Source: a virus
Virus record (IMG/VR): IMGVR_UViG_3300045988_167796
Coordinates: 68,032 to 132,031 of that record
DNA: 64,000 bases
Strand: one strand, 5' to 3'
Shown here: in pieces, positions 28,752 to 38,340 of the stretch
Layout: each line of letters opens with the position of its first letter
Numbering within the stretch: position 1 is the stretch's first letter
Position numbers and translations under genes: made by a program
Notes under the pieces: model-generated
What the model saw: only the letters and a program-made list of their open reading frames with translations
The model's database searches: none
What the model was told of the DNA's origin: nothing

Positions 28752-31700
28752 TTATCTTGAAACAGCTTGACAGTTACTATTTGTACTATAAACTTTAACG
28801 TTGCTAATATAATTTGCTATTTCTGAAACAGTTATAGCTGCTTGTGCGCTCATAGAGAATCTAAATTTACTTGCATTTGATGGAGCTACAAAGCTTATTG
28901 ACTTATCTGTAAGACCGCCGTTTAAGAATCCAGTTGCATTGTCATACAATAGAATAATTGGATTGGCTTTAACCGTCTTAGATGTATCTCCCATGACATA
29001 AATTGTATCATTTGCTGTACTTACTACATTTTCAGAAGAATCATAGAAACAACCGAACATTGCTTTCATTGATCCGTCTGAAGATCCATCAGTATATGTA
29101 ATCGTGATAATATCTCCTTCATTACATGAGTAATCATTCAATGGTGTAATTGAACCATCGGAGAACGGATAGTTCTTACCGACTGTTTGAGTTTCGCCGC
29201 TAGGTACAGTATATTTGGAACTTGATGCTGACCAACATATACCTGTTGCATCCCAGTCCGTCAGATAATCTGTTCCTGTTACAAGAGAATCAATCAATGT
29301 TCCGAAATCTGTTACATCTGTTCCTTCATCTCCACCACCAGATGAGCTACCATTAAACAGTTCATCATACTTCTTAGTAAGAGCATCTGCAATTAGTGTT
29401 GCTAACACATCTGCTCCTGTATTGTTCGGATGTTTATATCCATCTGTTTCTGCATCCAAATAAGTGGCGTAATTTGAACTATCCCATGCAGTTGTACAAT
29501 CTACACATAAAATATTTCTGGCAGAGCAGAATGATTTCATTCTATCTGCATAATCAAGAACTGTGAAACCAGAACTATTCTGACCGGAAATTCCTAAATT
29601 CAATTCATAACAATAATGAGGTGTGAAGAAAATCAACAGTGCATTTGGATTATCAGTTCTAATTTTTGTATACATCTTGGTCAGCCAAATTTCATATCCA
29701 TCCAATGATACATTGTTTAGCCAATCATTGATACCTGATTCATACGTGATAATATTTGCTTTACCAATATAATCATTATAGTTACTATTTTGTGATGATG
29801 TCACATTGTTAGTAATATTTGAATATATTCCTGCAGTTGTCTGTCCTCCATATCCGCACCATCCTATTTTGTTTGGATATTCTGATAGATAATAGAATTT
29901 ATTTCTCAACGCTGGAATTACCACTGCTTTTTCTGTAATACTATCACCGATACACAAATATTGTGTAGATGCCTTTTCAAAGTATGTTACAGTAAATGTT
30001 GTATCGTCTGTCAACGATCCGCTATCTCCGCTATCTCCAGTATCACCAGAACCTTCACTTCCTCCTGAAGAGCTTCCGCCATTATTAGAAGATCCTGTAA
30101 ATATCTTATAAATATCGGCAGGAGAGAGTACGATAACATTAGGCCCAGCGTTTGTAAATGTACTTTCCAATGCTGACGCATCAAGTCTTTGGGTGACAAT
30201 AAATGATGAATCTTGTCCAATATTCCCTGTTGTTCCGTATGGTATAAATTTATACGCTTGATCAGTACATCCATTTTTATGGTCATCAATATGAAAAGTT
30301 CCAATAGACTGAATTGGATTACAGAATATTACTCCATTAAATTTTACATTGGAATCAGAAATAAATGATCTTACCGTATCACTGATAGAACCATTTTTAT
30401 CAGATTCCCATTTTCGTATATATCCAGCAGATGACGACCAAACTCCTTCAAAATTTGTGTTCTCACATGCCTGAATATATACACCATGTCCCATACTTTC
30501 CATGATATGTATTTTTGAATACTTTGCTATTCCGCCCCTTACATTTAATCCATAATAATTCGGTTCATATCTGCCGTTTGCACTGTAATTTTCAGATTCA
30601 CTACCAAATAATAATCCTTTCCCACTACGTTCAATGAAGAAATTACTAAATGTACAGTTTCCTCCAGAGCAAACGTATAAACCATCTCTAAAACTTCTAC
30701 AAATCTGGAAATGATCAAAATCGTTATCTGTACTTCTTGTAATCATTCCATAACCACAATCATCAATCCTAATATGATGCGGTGCTATAACCCAAACACC
30801 TAATTCTACAGCTATACCAACTGCAAATTCTTGAATCTGTAAATTTTCAAATACTGAATGGTACAATCCATTATAATCAGCTTGTGTTTCTGGTGTATAT
30901 CCGTCTTTTCCTATTTTCAATCCAATGTGTGTAGTATAAGTTTTCTCTCTGTTTGGATAACTTTGATATTCAATTGTTTGCTGTAAAATTGTTTTATAAT
31001 TATCCATATTTGATACATGCTCACTATTTCCATAATTGAATGATCCACGTATAGTAATATTCTTAATGCCGCACGGTCTTGGATATCCTTCTTTATCTTC
31101 TATGTTTTCAATATAGACAGCAGGCACATTTTTATATGTACTCATATATAAGACTGCACCTTTAGTCTCTCCCTCAATTACAACGTTATATGGAATTGTA
31201 ATAGTGTCATCAATATGATATGTACCAATTGGGAAATACATTTTACCGCCACCAGAATCAGATAATGATTGTAACGCGGAATTGATCGCTGTTGTATTTG
31301 CAGTTGCAGCAGAACTGTCATCTACAATAACATCATAATTTAAGATATTTGTTATCGATGAATCAACAGTAGTTGAGCTGCCTGTTCCACCTTCTGGAAT
31401 ATTTATAGTAATATCTGATAATCCAGTGTATGTCTTAGTGACAGCTCCAGTAAAATTAATTTTTCCGATGCCGATATTTGTTGGTGTAATTTCTATAGAC
31501 TTTGCAGTACTACCATCGTAAGTATCTGAAATCCATTCATCATTTGTACCATTTCCTTGCCTAATTGTTAAAGTTGCGTTAGTATTTGCAGAACCATTTG
31601 ATGTAGGATACGTTGGAACTACTAAGAATCCGTCATCTCTTATTTTAACTTGCACTGTATCGTCTGATGTAGCAGAATATGCCTTGATACCACCCAATGT

Positions 31701-32579
31701 AGTTGATGTAGCCTTAGATAGTTCATAAGATATTGTATCGGATTGTTCTATTTGTGTAACAGTGATAACATTTTTATCTGTCAGTTTTATTGAAACACTT
31801 CCTGTATTGCAAGACATGTTGGCTACAAATGCTGTAGTTGACAGATCATCCGAATCGTAAAACCAATACGCTTTTCCATATCCACCAGAATAAACAAACC
31901 ATACATCACCGCCAGAAGAATTTACTGATAATATTTCATTAAAAGTTTTATCACTTGAATAGCTGCCATTATTATTTGTGATTGTTACATCATAACGTTT
32001 TGGTGCCTTTTTATTTAATTCGTTTGTAACCAATTTATTTTGTACAGCGTTTTCACTTGTGTCTGATAAAGATGAATCTATTTTTGGAATGTTAATAGTA
32101 ACATCTTTACTTGCATTAAAAACTTCATCAACTGCACCAGTAAAAAACAACGATCCATTTAAAGAAGAACCATTACCAATTTTACTCTCAAGTTCATTGA
32201 CTTTGAGCTGTAAGCTGCTTAATGTTATTTCGCCTGTGTTTTCAACATAAACATAATCATTAGGCATTTCCCTTTTCCTTACTGGAAGTTTTACAAAATA
32301 TTTCGTTCTTGAAATGTTATCTTGTGATACATATATACAAATTCCAATAATAATTGGTTCAAATTTTTGAAGTAGAAGATTAGGAATAATAATCTTTATA
32401 CTATTACCAACTAATTCAGTATTAATAACAAAAGAATGTTTTCCGCAGCTATCATTGAAATACGCAATAGGAGATGATGTAAACCCAACATTATCAATAT
32501 AAATTACCTGGTTTAAATCCCATTGTGTCAAAGCATGTATAGTATCACCATTACTATCATACGCAGTTAATTCAAACAC
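28752..32579 (-). CDS. tail spike: right-handed beta-helix (pectate-lyase-like) depolymerase + SGNH/GDSL hydrolase + C-terminal beta-rich domain
   Basis: repetitive beta-helix rungs (ITIRGSF, FENLQIQEF...); LCIGDSIT (GDS block I) and DGYKHPN (DxxH block V). Confidence 0.55.
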   Translation of the reverse strand: MFELTAYDSNGDTIHALTQWDLNQVIYIDNVGFTSSPIAYFNDSCGKHSFVINTELVGNSIKIIIPNLLLQKFEPIIIGICIYVSQDNISRTKYFVKLPVRKREMPNDYVYVENTGEITLSSLQLKVNELESKIGNGSSLNGSLFFTGAVDEVFNASKDVTINIPKIDSSLSDTSENAVQNKLVTNELNKKAPKRYDVTITNNNGSYSSDKTFNEILSVNSSGGDVWFVYSGGYGKAYWFYDSDDLSTTAFVANMSCNTGSVSIKLTDKNVITVTQIEQSDTISYELSKATSTTLGGIKAYSATSDDTVQVKIRDDGFLVVPTYPTSNGSANTNATLTIRQGNGTNDEWISDTYDGSTAKSIEITPTNIGIGKINFTGAVTKTYTGLSDITINIPEGGTGSSTTVDSSITNILNYDVIVDDSSAATANTTAINSALQSLSDSGGGKMYFPIGTYHIDDTITIPYNVVIEGETKGAVLYMSTYKNVPAVYIENIEDKEGYPRPCGIKNITIRGSFNYGNSEHVSNMDNYKTILQQTIEYQSYPNREKTYTTHIGLKIGKDGYTPETQADYNGLYHSVFENLQIQEFAVGIAVELGVWVIAPHHIRIDDCGYGMITRSTDNDFDHFQICRSFRDGLYVCSGGNCTFSNFFIERSGKGLLFGSESENYSANGRYEPNYYGLNVRGGIAKYSKIHIMESMGHGVYIQACENTNFEGVWSSSAGYIRKWESDKNGSISDTVRSFISDSNVKFNGVIFCNPIQSIGTFHIDDHKNGCTDQAYKFIPYGTTGNIGQDSSFIVTQRLDASALESTFTNAGPNVIVLSPADIYKIFTGSSNNGGSSSGGSEGSGDTGDSGDSGSLTDDTTFTVTYFEKASTQYLCIGDSITEKAVVIPALRNKFYYLSEYPNKIGWCGYGGQTTAGIYSNITNNVTSSQNSNYNDYIGKANIITYESGINDWLNNVSLDGYEIWLTKMYTKIRTDNPNALLIFFTPHYCYELNLGISGQNSSGFTVLDYADRMKSFCSARNILCVDCTTAWDSSNYATYLDAETDGYKHPNNTGADVLATLIADALTKKYDELFNGSSSGGGDEGTDVTDFGTLIDSLVTGTDYLTDWDATGICWSASSSKYTVPSGETQTVGKNYPFSDGSITPLNDYSCNEGDIITITYTDGSSDGSMKAMFGCFYDSSENVVSTANDTIYVMGDTSKTVKANPIILLYDNATGFLNGGLTDKSISFVAPSNASKFRFSMSAQAAITVSEIANYISNVKVYSTNSNCQAVSR

Positions 32580-35500
32580 TAATAATCACATCCTTTCTCT
32601 AATTGTTCTATACGAGATTTTAATTTCATGTTTTCATTTTTTATATATTCTATTTCCCTAAAAGCCTTTTGTATCATATGTGTATTCAATGGAGTCATTT
32701 CTTCATATCTTAGCGAATATAAATAGTCGTTAACTCCAAAGGAAGAGAATGGATTATTTTGTTCGCCATTTTCATTTTCAAATGTATTTACATCGTCCTT
32801 GCACAAAAATGCATAATCAATTGCTGATATACCATTATTGTTCATAGATTGTTCTACTTCTTGAGCAATATATCCTCCATGTGTTCTATCATGCAAATTC
32901 TGGTTAGAACCATTTTTGAATGTATATAGGCATGGCTTTAATTCCATAAACATTGATTCAAAACGCTCATCAAATTCCTTTACATCTTCTTTTAGTCGCG
33001 CATCCGATGTGGAAATTGTTGATGTGTCTGCATAGATATTCCCCCATTTCAAACTTGGAGAACCTAAAGAAGTTCCAATTTTACTATTAGATAAAAATTC
33101 TGATGTTGGACGGAAAGATGATTGATTTGTAGCTGAATTGTAGTATGATATAAATATATTTGTATCTTTATAATCTGTATTTGACATATTCCCACAGGAC
33201 AATCCGGTGTGCTTATGATTGCTCCAAGACACAGATGTTCCATCAGTCTTTACTATATTGTTTGCTGATATTTCATTAAATAACACATTGGAATTTGGGC
33301 TAGAAATAGCACCGCTAAATGATACGTTATTTGCTTTAAAAGAAATAGTACTTCCATATTCACCGCCAGAACATATTTCGATACCACAATTGCATTCCCA
33401 CTGTGGATTTGATTCTTCACTACCGTAAATTAAGCTTGGCCCAATCAACAGAGTCTTATCATCGCCACTCCAAGATCTTGATGCTATAATTGTAGATTCA
33501 TTTGGTACTGCATTCCCTCCGCCAAGTACAAAATTATCTGGATTATAAAATAATGAAATACTATCTTGTGCTGTTATTTTTGTTGCAGTTACATTACCAA
33601 TTAATTCTGCGTTAACTGCTTTGAAATTTCCTACGGATGTAATTTCAGCATATGTACCATTCTCTTTATTTCCGATAAGTAAACATCCGCCTATAATCGT
33701 GGGAGAGATGATACTTTTTCCATCAATCTGTGTGGTTGGATCATATCCAAGACTTTTCTTTAACTCCTCTAATTCGCCTGAACTTTCCGATGGCGCTCCA
33801 CCTTCATTTTGCCACGTGATAATTCCATTTACATATAGTTTCCCATTTTTATAAACAAGTCCACCATTAGCTATATTAAATTCATCTGCAAAAAGTTCTC
33901 CAAAAATACTTTTTTTAGCAGAGATAACATTTAATTCCATAGTGTCAATAACAACATCTTTTACTTTTGCTCCAAATGTTTCTGTATTCAACAATTTTGC
34001 AAGGATAGTGTCGCTCAGATATTTGTTATCTAACAGATCTCCAGATGACTTTCCATTACCTGTTGAATAACTGGAAATTCCATCTGCAATTGAAAGGTTG
34101 AATAAATAACTGGCATCATACCGTTTCGATTTGGAAACAATATAATTACTGAATCCAACAGATAAATCGTTGGTATATGGATTAAATGGATTGAACTGGT
34201 ATTGAGATAATCGTAATTGCATATATGTATTATCGCGTAATTGAACATATATGTAATTGCCCAGTTGAAAATCATTTTCAATGGGTTCGAATTCTGGAAT
34301 AGATAGAAGATTGTTAATTTCTGCAGAAAATACTAATTGCGGACGAGAGTATATTTCCAGTTTTTCTCTGGAATCTTGTAATAATTCCTCTTGTTTTTCA
34401 AGCATTGAAACAGAGTTATCAATAGAAGTGGTTAGGATATTTTCATTAGAATACTCAGCATCTTTATACAAAAAACATAACTGTTTCCGTTCGTCTTCTG
34501 TGAAATAATTTTCATAAGAAACTTCAGATTTAATCTTATTGCGTATTTCATTTATTTCTTCCTGTTTTTTATTTAATTCATTCAACTGAAGTGTAAGCAC
34601 ATTATCAAGATAATCAGTTGCACCTACCCAATTATCATAATATTTTATATAAAGTTCATATGACTCTTCGTATTTAGTTTGTACAGAACTATATTCAGTT
34701 CTTTCTAAATCTGTCATCTGACTCCATGTTTTTATTTCATATGAATCCGAATCTACAGGACATACAGTTTTATTTTTTATCTGTATCGCCATATTATTTT
34801 TATATGTAAATATCTTTGTTTTTAATTCATTTATACCATACAATCCCCATTGAGTCTGCCAATAGTTTATAGCATCTTCATATTTATTTTTATTTTCTTC
34901 AGACCATTTTGAAGTATCTGAATAATTAGGAAATGTTTCAATAGCAGCTTCGATCTGAATAATAATATTCTGATATGCAACATAATCACAATAGTATTCA
35001 GTATTCTTTATATATTCTTCATTAATACTTCCGTCTTCATTGAGTCCAACAGACCCATAATCCTCTTTGTAAAGAGTTTTCAAAGTTAATAGTGAATTCC
35101 TATATGAATTAAGAGACTCATTCAAAAGATCTAAACTGTATTTTCCCCAGTCATCCTTTAAATCTTCGTCTGGTACTCTATTCATAATTTCTGAGATTTT
35201 ATCAAGATTCTCATTATATTTTTTTGTGTATTCAACCCATATTAAACGTTGTTCTTCTCGGAAATTTCTATATGCAAAATATTTATCAGCTAATTCATCA
35301 CTTACGTAGATCCTATTCCCAGAATCGTCTTTAGCGCTAATTTTATATGTCAAGTCTTCAATATATTCTTGTCCTATATTTACATCACTTATAGATAATC
35401 CGTCTGCCCCAGAAACATATAATCTGGTTGCAAGATTAGATTCATCATAAGTGATGTTCAATGAATTAACCAAAGTTTCATAAGATAATATAATACCTGT

Positions 35501-36535
35501 ATTATTTCCTATCTTATCTGCTGGCATTACATTGACTTTCCTGTGCTTAATATCAAAATAGACAACACATTCAATCGCTTGAGCCAGTGTTTGAGTAAGG
35601 AAAGAATATATGGATTCATTTATCTCAAAACTAGTTCTCCTGTTACATAATGTATAATCGCCTTCTGATAGTCCGTAAACTTCTCCTACAGTCCAGTTAC
35701 CCTCCATTTTTTTCAATGCAATATCAAGAAGACTTATTTTAGAACGGTTCCTTTCGTAAAAACTAATCAACTCTTTAATTCTTATTTGAAAATTAGATGA
35801 TAGGAAAATAGAAGATATTGTTGATTTTTGATCGTCATTGTATTCATATGACATAAATATTTTTTCTGTCAGAATATCATTTCCATTTTCATCAATACTT
35901 TTTGATAATCTTGATTTTAGTCTTGGAATTAATGTAGCAATATCATTTAATTTTGATATTTTCTCTTTATCCGTAACTGTGATATCTTTATTTGGTGTAC
36001 CATAGAATCCGGAATCATAATCAACTAAAAATTCTTGTAACTGTTGTGGGAATGTATTATATAAAACAATATAATCATATGGAATCCCAGTATATTCATT
36101 TAATACGAGTTCTGATTCACCATCCTCATATGTAATAAGAAATTCCTCAGAATCAGTTTCTCCCATATTTATCTTAACATTCAGTGATTTTTCTTCTAAT
36201 TCACAGTCGCAACTTTGTGCAGTGATTTCTTTTGTTTCAATAATTCCATCAGAATTTATTATAGGAGTAGATACTTTAAATAGTCCTACTTTTTCTAATG
36301 CTAAATAAGAACCATCTACTAGAAGATCATATCCAGGGCTTTTTATTATTTTTCCATCTATTTCTACAACACTGTTATATGAAAATGTAAGCTCATATTT
36401 TTGATTTAATGCAACAGAAAGATTTGAAGTTGTATCATCAATTCCTGAAGACAGACATAAAATAGGATTTCCATAAGGAGTTGATAAATATAATTTCAAT
36501 GGTTCTTTTTTCCCTAAAATATCTATAGTAAACAT
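32579..36535 (-). CDS. tail-associated lysin/Tal-like tail tip protein with C-terminal peptidase-S74 intramolecular chaperone domain
   Basis: position after Dit; C-term TSDARLKEDV...YLYSLRYEEM matches the auto-cleaving chaperone domain (SDxRxK). Confidence 0.55.
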   Translation of the reverse strand: MFTIDILGKKEPLKLYLSTPYGNPILCLSSGIDDTTSNLSVALNQKYELTFSYNSVVEIDGKIIKSPGYDLLVDGSYLALEKVGLFKVSTPIINSDGIIETKEITAQSCDCELEEKSLNVKINMGETDSEEFLITYEDGESELVLNEYTGIPYDYIVLYNTFPQQLQEFLVDYDSGFYGTPNKDITVTDKEKISKLNDIATLIPRLKSRLSKSIDENGNDILTEKIFMSYEYNDDQKSTISSIFLSSNFQIRIKELISFYERNRSKISLLDIALKKMEGNWTVGEVYGLSEGDYTLCNRRTSFEINESIYSFLTQTLAQAIECVVYFDIKHRKVNVMPADKIGNNTGIILSYETLVNSLNITYDESNLATRLYVSGADGLSISDVNIGQEYIEDLTYKISAKDDSGNRIYVSDELADKYFAYRNFREEQRLIWVEYTKKYNENLDKISEIMNRVPDEDLKDDWGKYSLDLLNESLNSYRNSLLTLKTLYKEDYGSVGLNEDGSINEEYIKNTEYYCDYVAYQNIIIQIEAAIETFPNYSDTSKWSEENKNKYEDAINYWQTQWGLYGINELKTKIFTYKNNMAIQIKNKTVCPVDSDSYEIKTWSQMTDLERTEYSSVQTKYEESYELYIKYYDNWVGATDYLDNVLTLQLNELNKKQEEINEIRNKIKSEVSYENYFTEDERKQLCFLYKDAEYSNENILTTSIDNSVSMLEKQEELLQDSREKLEIYSRPQLVFSAEINNLLSIPEFEPIENDFQLGNYIYVQLRDNTYMQLRLSQYQFNPFNPYTNDLSVGFSNYIVSKSKRYDASYLFNLSIADGISSYSTGNGKSSGDLLDNKYLSDTILAKLLNTETFGAKVKDVVIDTMELNVISAKKSIFGELFADEFNIANGGLVYKNGKLYVNGIITWQNEGGAPSESSGELEELKKSLGYDPTTQIDGKSIISPTIIGGCLLIGNKENGTYAEITSVGNFKAVNAELIGNVTATKITAQDSISLFYNPDNFVLGGGNAVPNESTIIASRSWSGDDKTLLIGPSLIYGSEESNPQWECNCGIEICSGGEYGSTISFKANNVSFSGAISSPNSNVLFNEISANNIVKTDGTSVSWSNHKHTGLSCGNMSNTDYKDTNIFISYYNSATNQSSFRPTSEFLSNSKIGTSLGSPSLKWGNIYADTSTISTSDARLKEDVKEFDERFESMFMELKPCLYTFKNGSNQNLHDRTHGGYIAQEVEQSMNNNGISAIDYAFLCKDDVNTFENENGEQNNPFSSFGVNDYLYSLRYEEMTPLNTHMIQKAFREIEYIKNENMKLKSRIEQLEKGCDY

Positions 36536-37416
36536 TAAAATCCATCCACCATCCTTACAAATCTTGCTGTAAATTCAATTTTTGTTACAGAATTCAGTTT
36601 TGATACGTTAAAAATATAATCATTTACGCCATCTACCAATCTTGGCCAATATATTGACGTACTTCCTGAATATAAATTTTCATATATATTTTCATTGGTA
36701 AATCCTAAATCGTACAAAGGAATTATTCTATTAGAATGGGAGAGTATCTGTTTGTTTTTGCAATCTATAGTAATGTATTCTTTATCTGGCAATTTAATAG
36801 TTAAAGATTGTTCGTTGTCAGATTTATTTGTGATAGACAATGTACTATTTGATCCTGCAGACTGATTAATATATACTTTTATTGTTGGATACACATAATC
36901 ATATTTATCACCATTAGAACATACATATTGCCATTCTTTTTCAAATTTATTGTTTGGATACTGTAATATTTGCGTCATAGGAACAGAAAATCCGTGTGGT
37001 GCATTACATTTAAATGTTAAATTTAAACCGTAACAACTTGTGCCAACGATAAAAGGTTGAACATCTGTAAAAATGCCAAAATAACAAATTGTTTCCTCTT
37101 CATATTGAAATATATTTTCAACTTTTAATTCTTTTGATGTCTTTGGGCTTTCTAACCATTTTCGTATTTCATTTAGTTCCATCTGAGAAAGTTTACCGTT
37201 ATCACTGTATAAACATGGATCCTTAATAATACAAAAATCTAATTGAAGAGTGTCGTCATAATTCACTCCGATAATATATAACGATTCTTTTACAGGTGTT
37301 TGTTCATTAGATATTAGTGATCTACTAATAAAACTTTGTTCTCCATCTGGTTTTGTCATGATCATTCCAAAATCAGATAATTTATATCCATCATAATAAA
37401 AATCAGTCCCTACCAT
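36535..37416 (-). CDS. distal tail protein (Dit) candidate
   Basis: canonical position between TMP and Tal; start overlaps Tal stop. Confidence 0.45.
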   Translation of the reverse strand: MVGTDFYYDGYKLSDFGMIMTKPDGEQSFISRSLISNEQTPVKESLYIIGVNYDDTLQLDFCIIKDPCLYSDNGKLSQMELNEIRKWLESPKTSKELKVENIFQYEEETICYFGIFTDVQPFIVGTSCYGLNLTFKCNAPHGFSVPMTQILQYPNNKFEKEWQYVCSNGDKYDYVYPTIKVYINQSAGSNSTLSITNKSDNEQSLTIKLPDKEYITIDCKNKQILSHSNRIIPLYDLGFTNENIYENLYSGSTSIYWPRLVDGVNDYIFNVSKLNSVTKIEFTARFVRMVDGF

Positions 37417-37440
37417 TTTTTCACTTCCTTTCCAATAGAA

Positions 37441-37466
37441 AAGGACTGGCGTATCAACCAGTCCTT
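37441..37466. terminator. strong hairpin immediately upstream of Dit RBS
   Basis: aaggactgg-cgtatcaa-ccagtcctt, T-run on minus strand. Confidence 0.4.
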
Positions 37467-37621
37467 AGAGTTTTGTTTGTATTGTATTTACTTTTTCTGC
37501 ATTTATCATTTCTTTTTTTATACTAATGGGTGCATTACCATCAAAATCTTTAACTTTAACTGTTTTTGATGGAATCAATTTATATATATCGTTATAATTA
37601 CCAAATATCTTATCCATATTA

Positions 37622-38308
37622 TTATAAAAAACTATTAGTGTTTATATATTCGATATCAATTTGATTATTTATTGATCCATCATATTGAACTCCATAATTT
37701 ATAGTGTCATTAAATAATAAAACTATATCGTCCAAATTTGTTGGCGTATTTTCTTTCATTTTCATTTCAAAATAGTTTAAATGAACGTCTTCTCCTAAAT
37801 AAAAATACTGTATATCGTCACTTGATACTATCATATCTGATGCAAATCGCAATTCTTTTTCGTTCGATAAACAATATCTTTTTGCAATATACTTATCACC
37901 AAATTTTGCTCCCGCAACAAAAACAACATCATACTCTTTATTATCTTCCATGGCAGTATAAAACTTTCTGTCCAATTCTGTGAAAAAATCACAAGGATTC
38001 CCCCAAACATATGCATTATTTAAAGTCATGTCTTTATTAAAAATCGGATGTAAATATAAATAAACATCTTGAATATTACCTGTAAAACCTAATAGTATAT
38101 TCTCCTTCTTAAATATTTTTTTTATCTTATTTCTTTCAGCGTTATTATTTAATTTAGTATCGCTCAATAATAAAGCGCATGTATTATGAAGCATCAAATT
38201 TACTACACTCATGTCTGTTCTCCCATCCTGATATATAATTTCTTCTATTATATACCATATTTCGACAGGAGAACAGCCAGAATATATTTTCATTGCCATA
38301 TTCAACAT
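37622..38308 (-). CDS. hypothetical 228-aa protein inserted between TMP and Dit
   Basis: ORF track; no recognised domain. Confidence 0.45.
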   Translation of the reverse strand: MLNMAMKIYSGCSPVEIWYIIEEIIYQDGRTDMSVVNLMLHNTCALLLSDTKLNNNAERNKIKKIFKKENILLGFTGNIQDVYLYLHPIFNKDMTLNNAYVWGNPCDFFTELDRKFYTAMEDNKEYDVVFVAGAKFGDKYIAKRYCLSNEKELRFASDMIVSSDDIQYFYLGEDVHLNYFEMKMKENTPTNLDDIVLLFNDTINYGVQYDGSINNQIDIEYINTNSFL

Positions 38309-38340
38309 AAGGGCAGAGAACTTTCCCTACCCTAATCATC

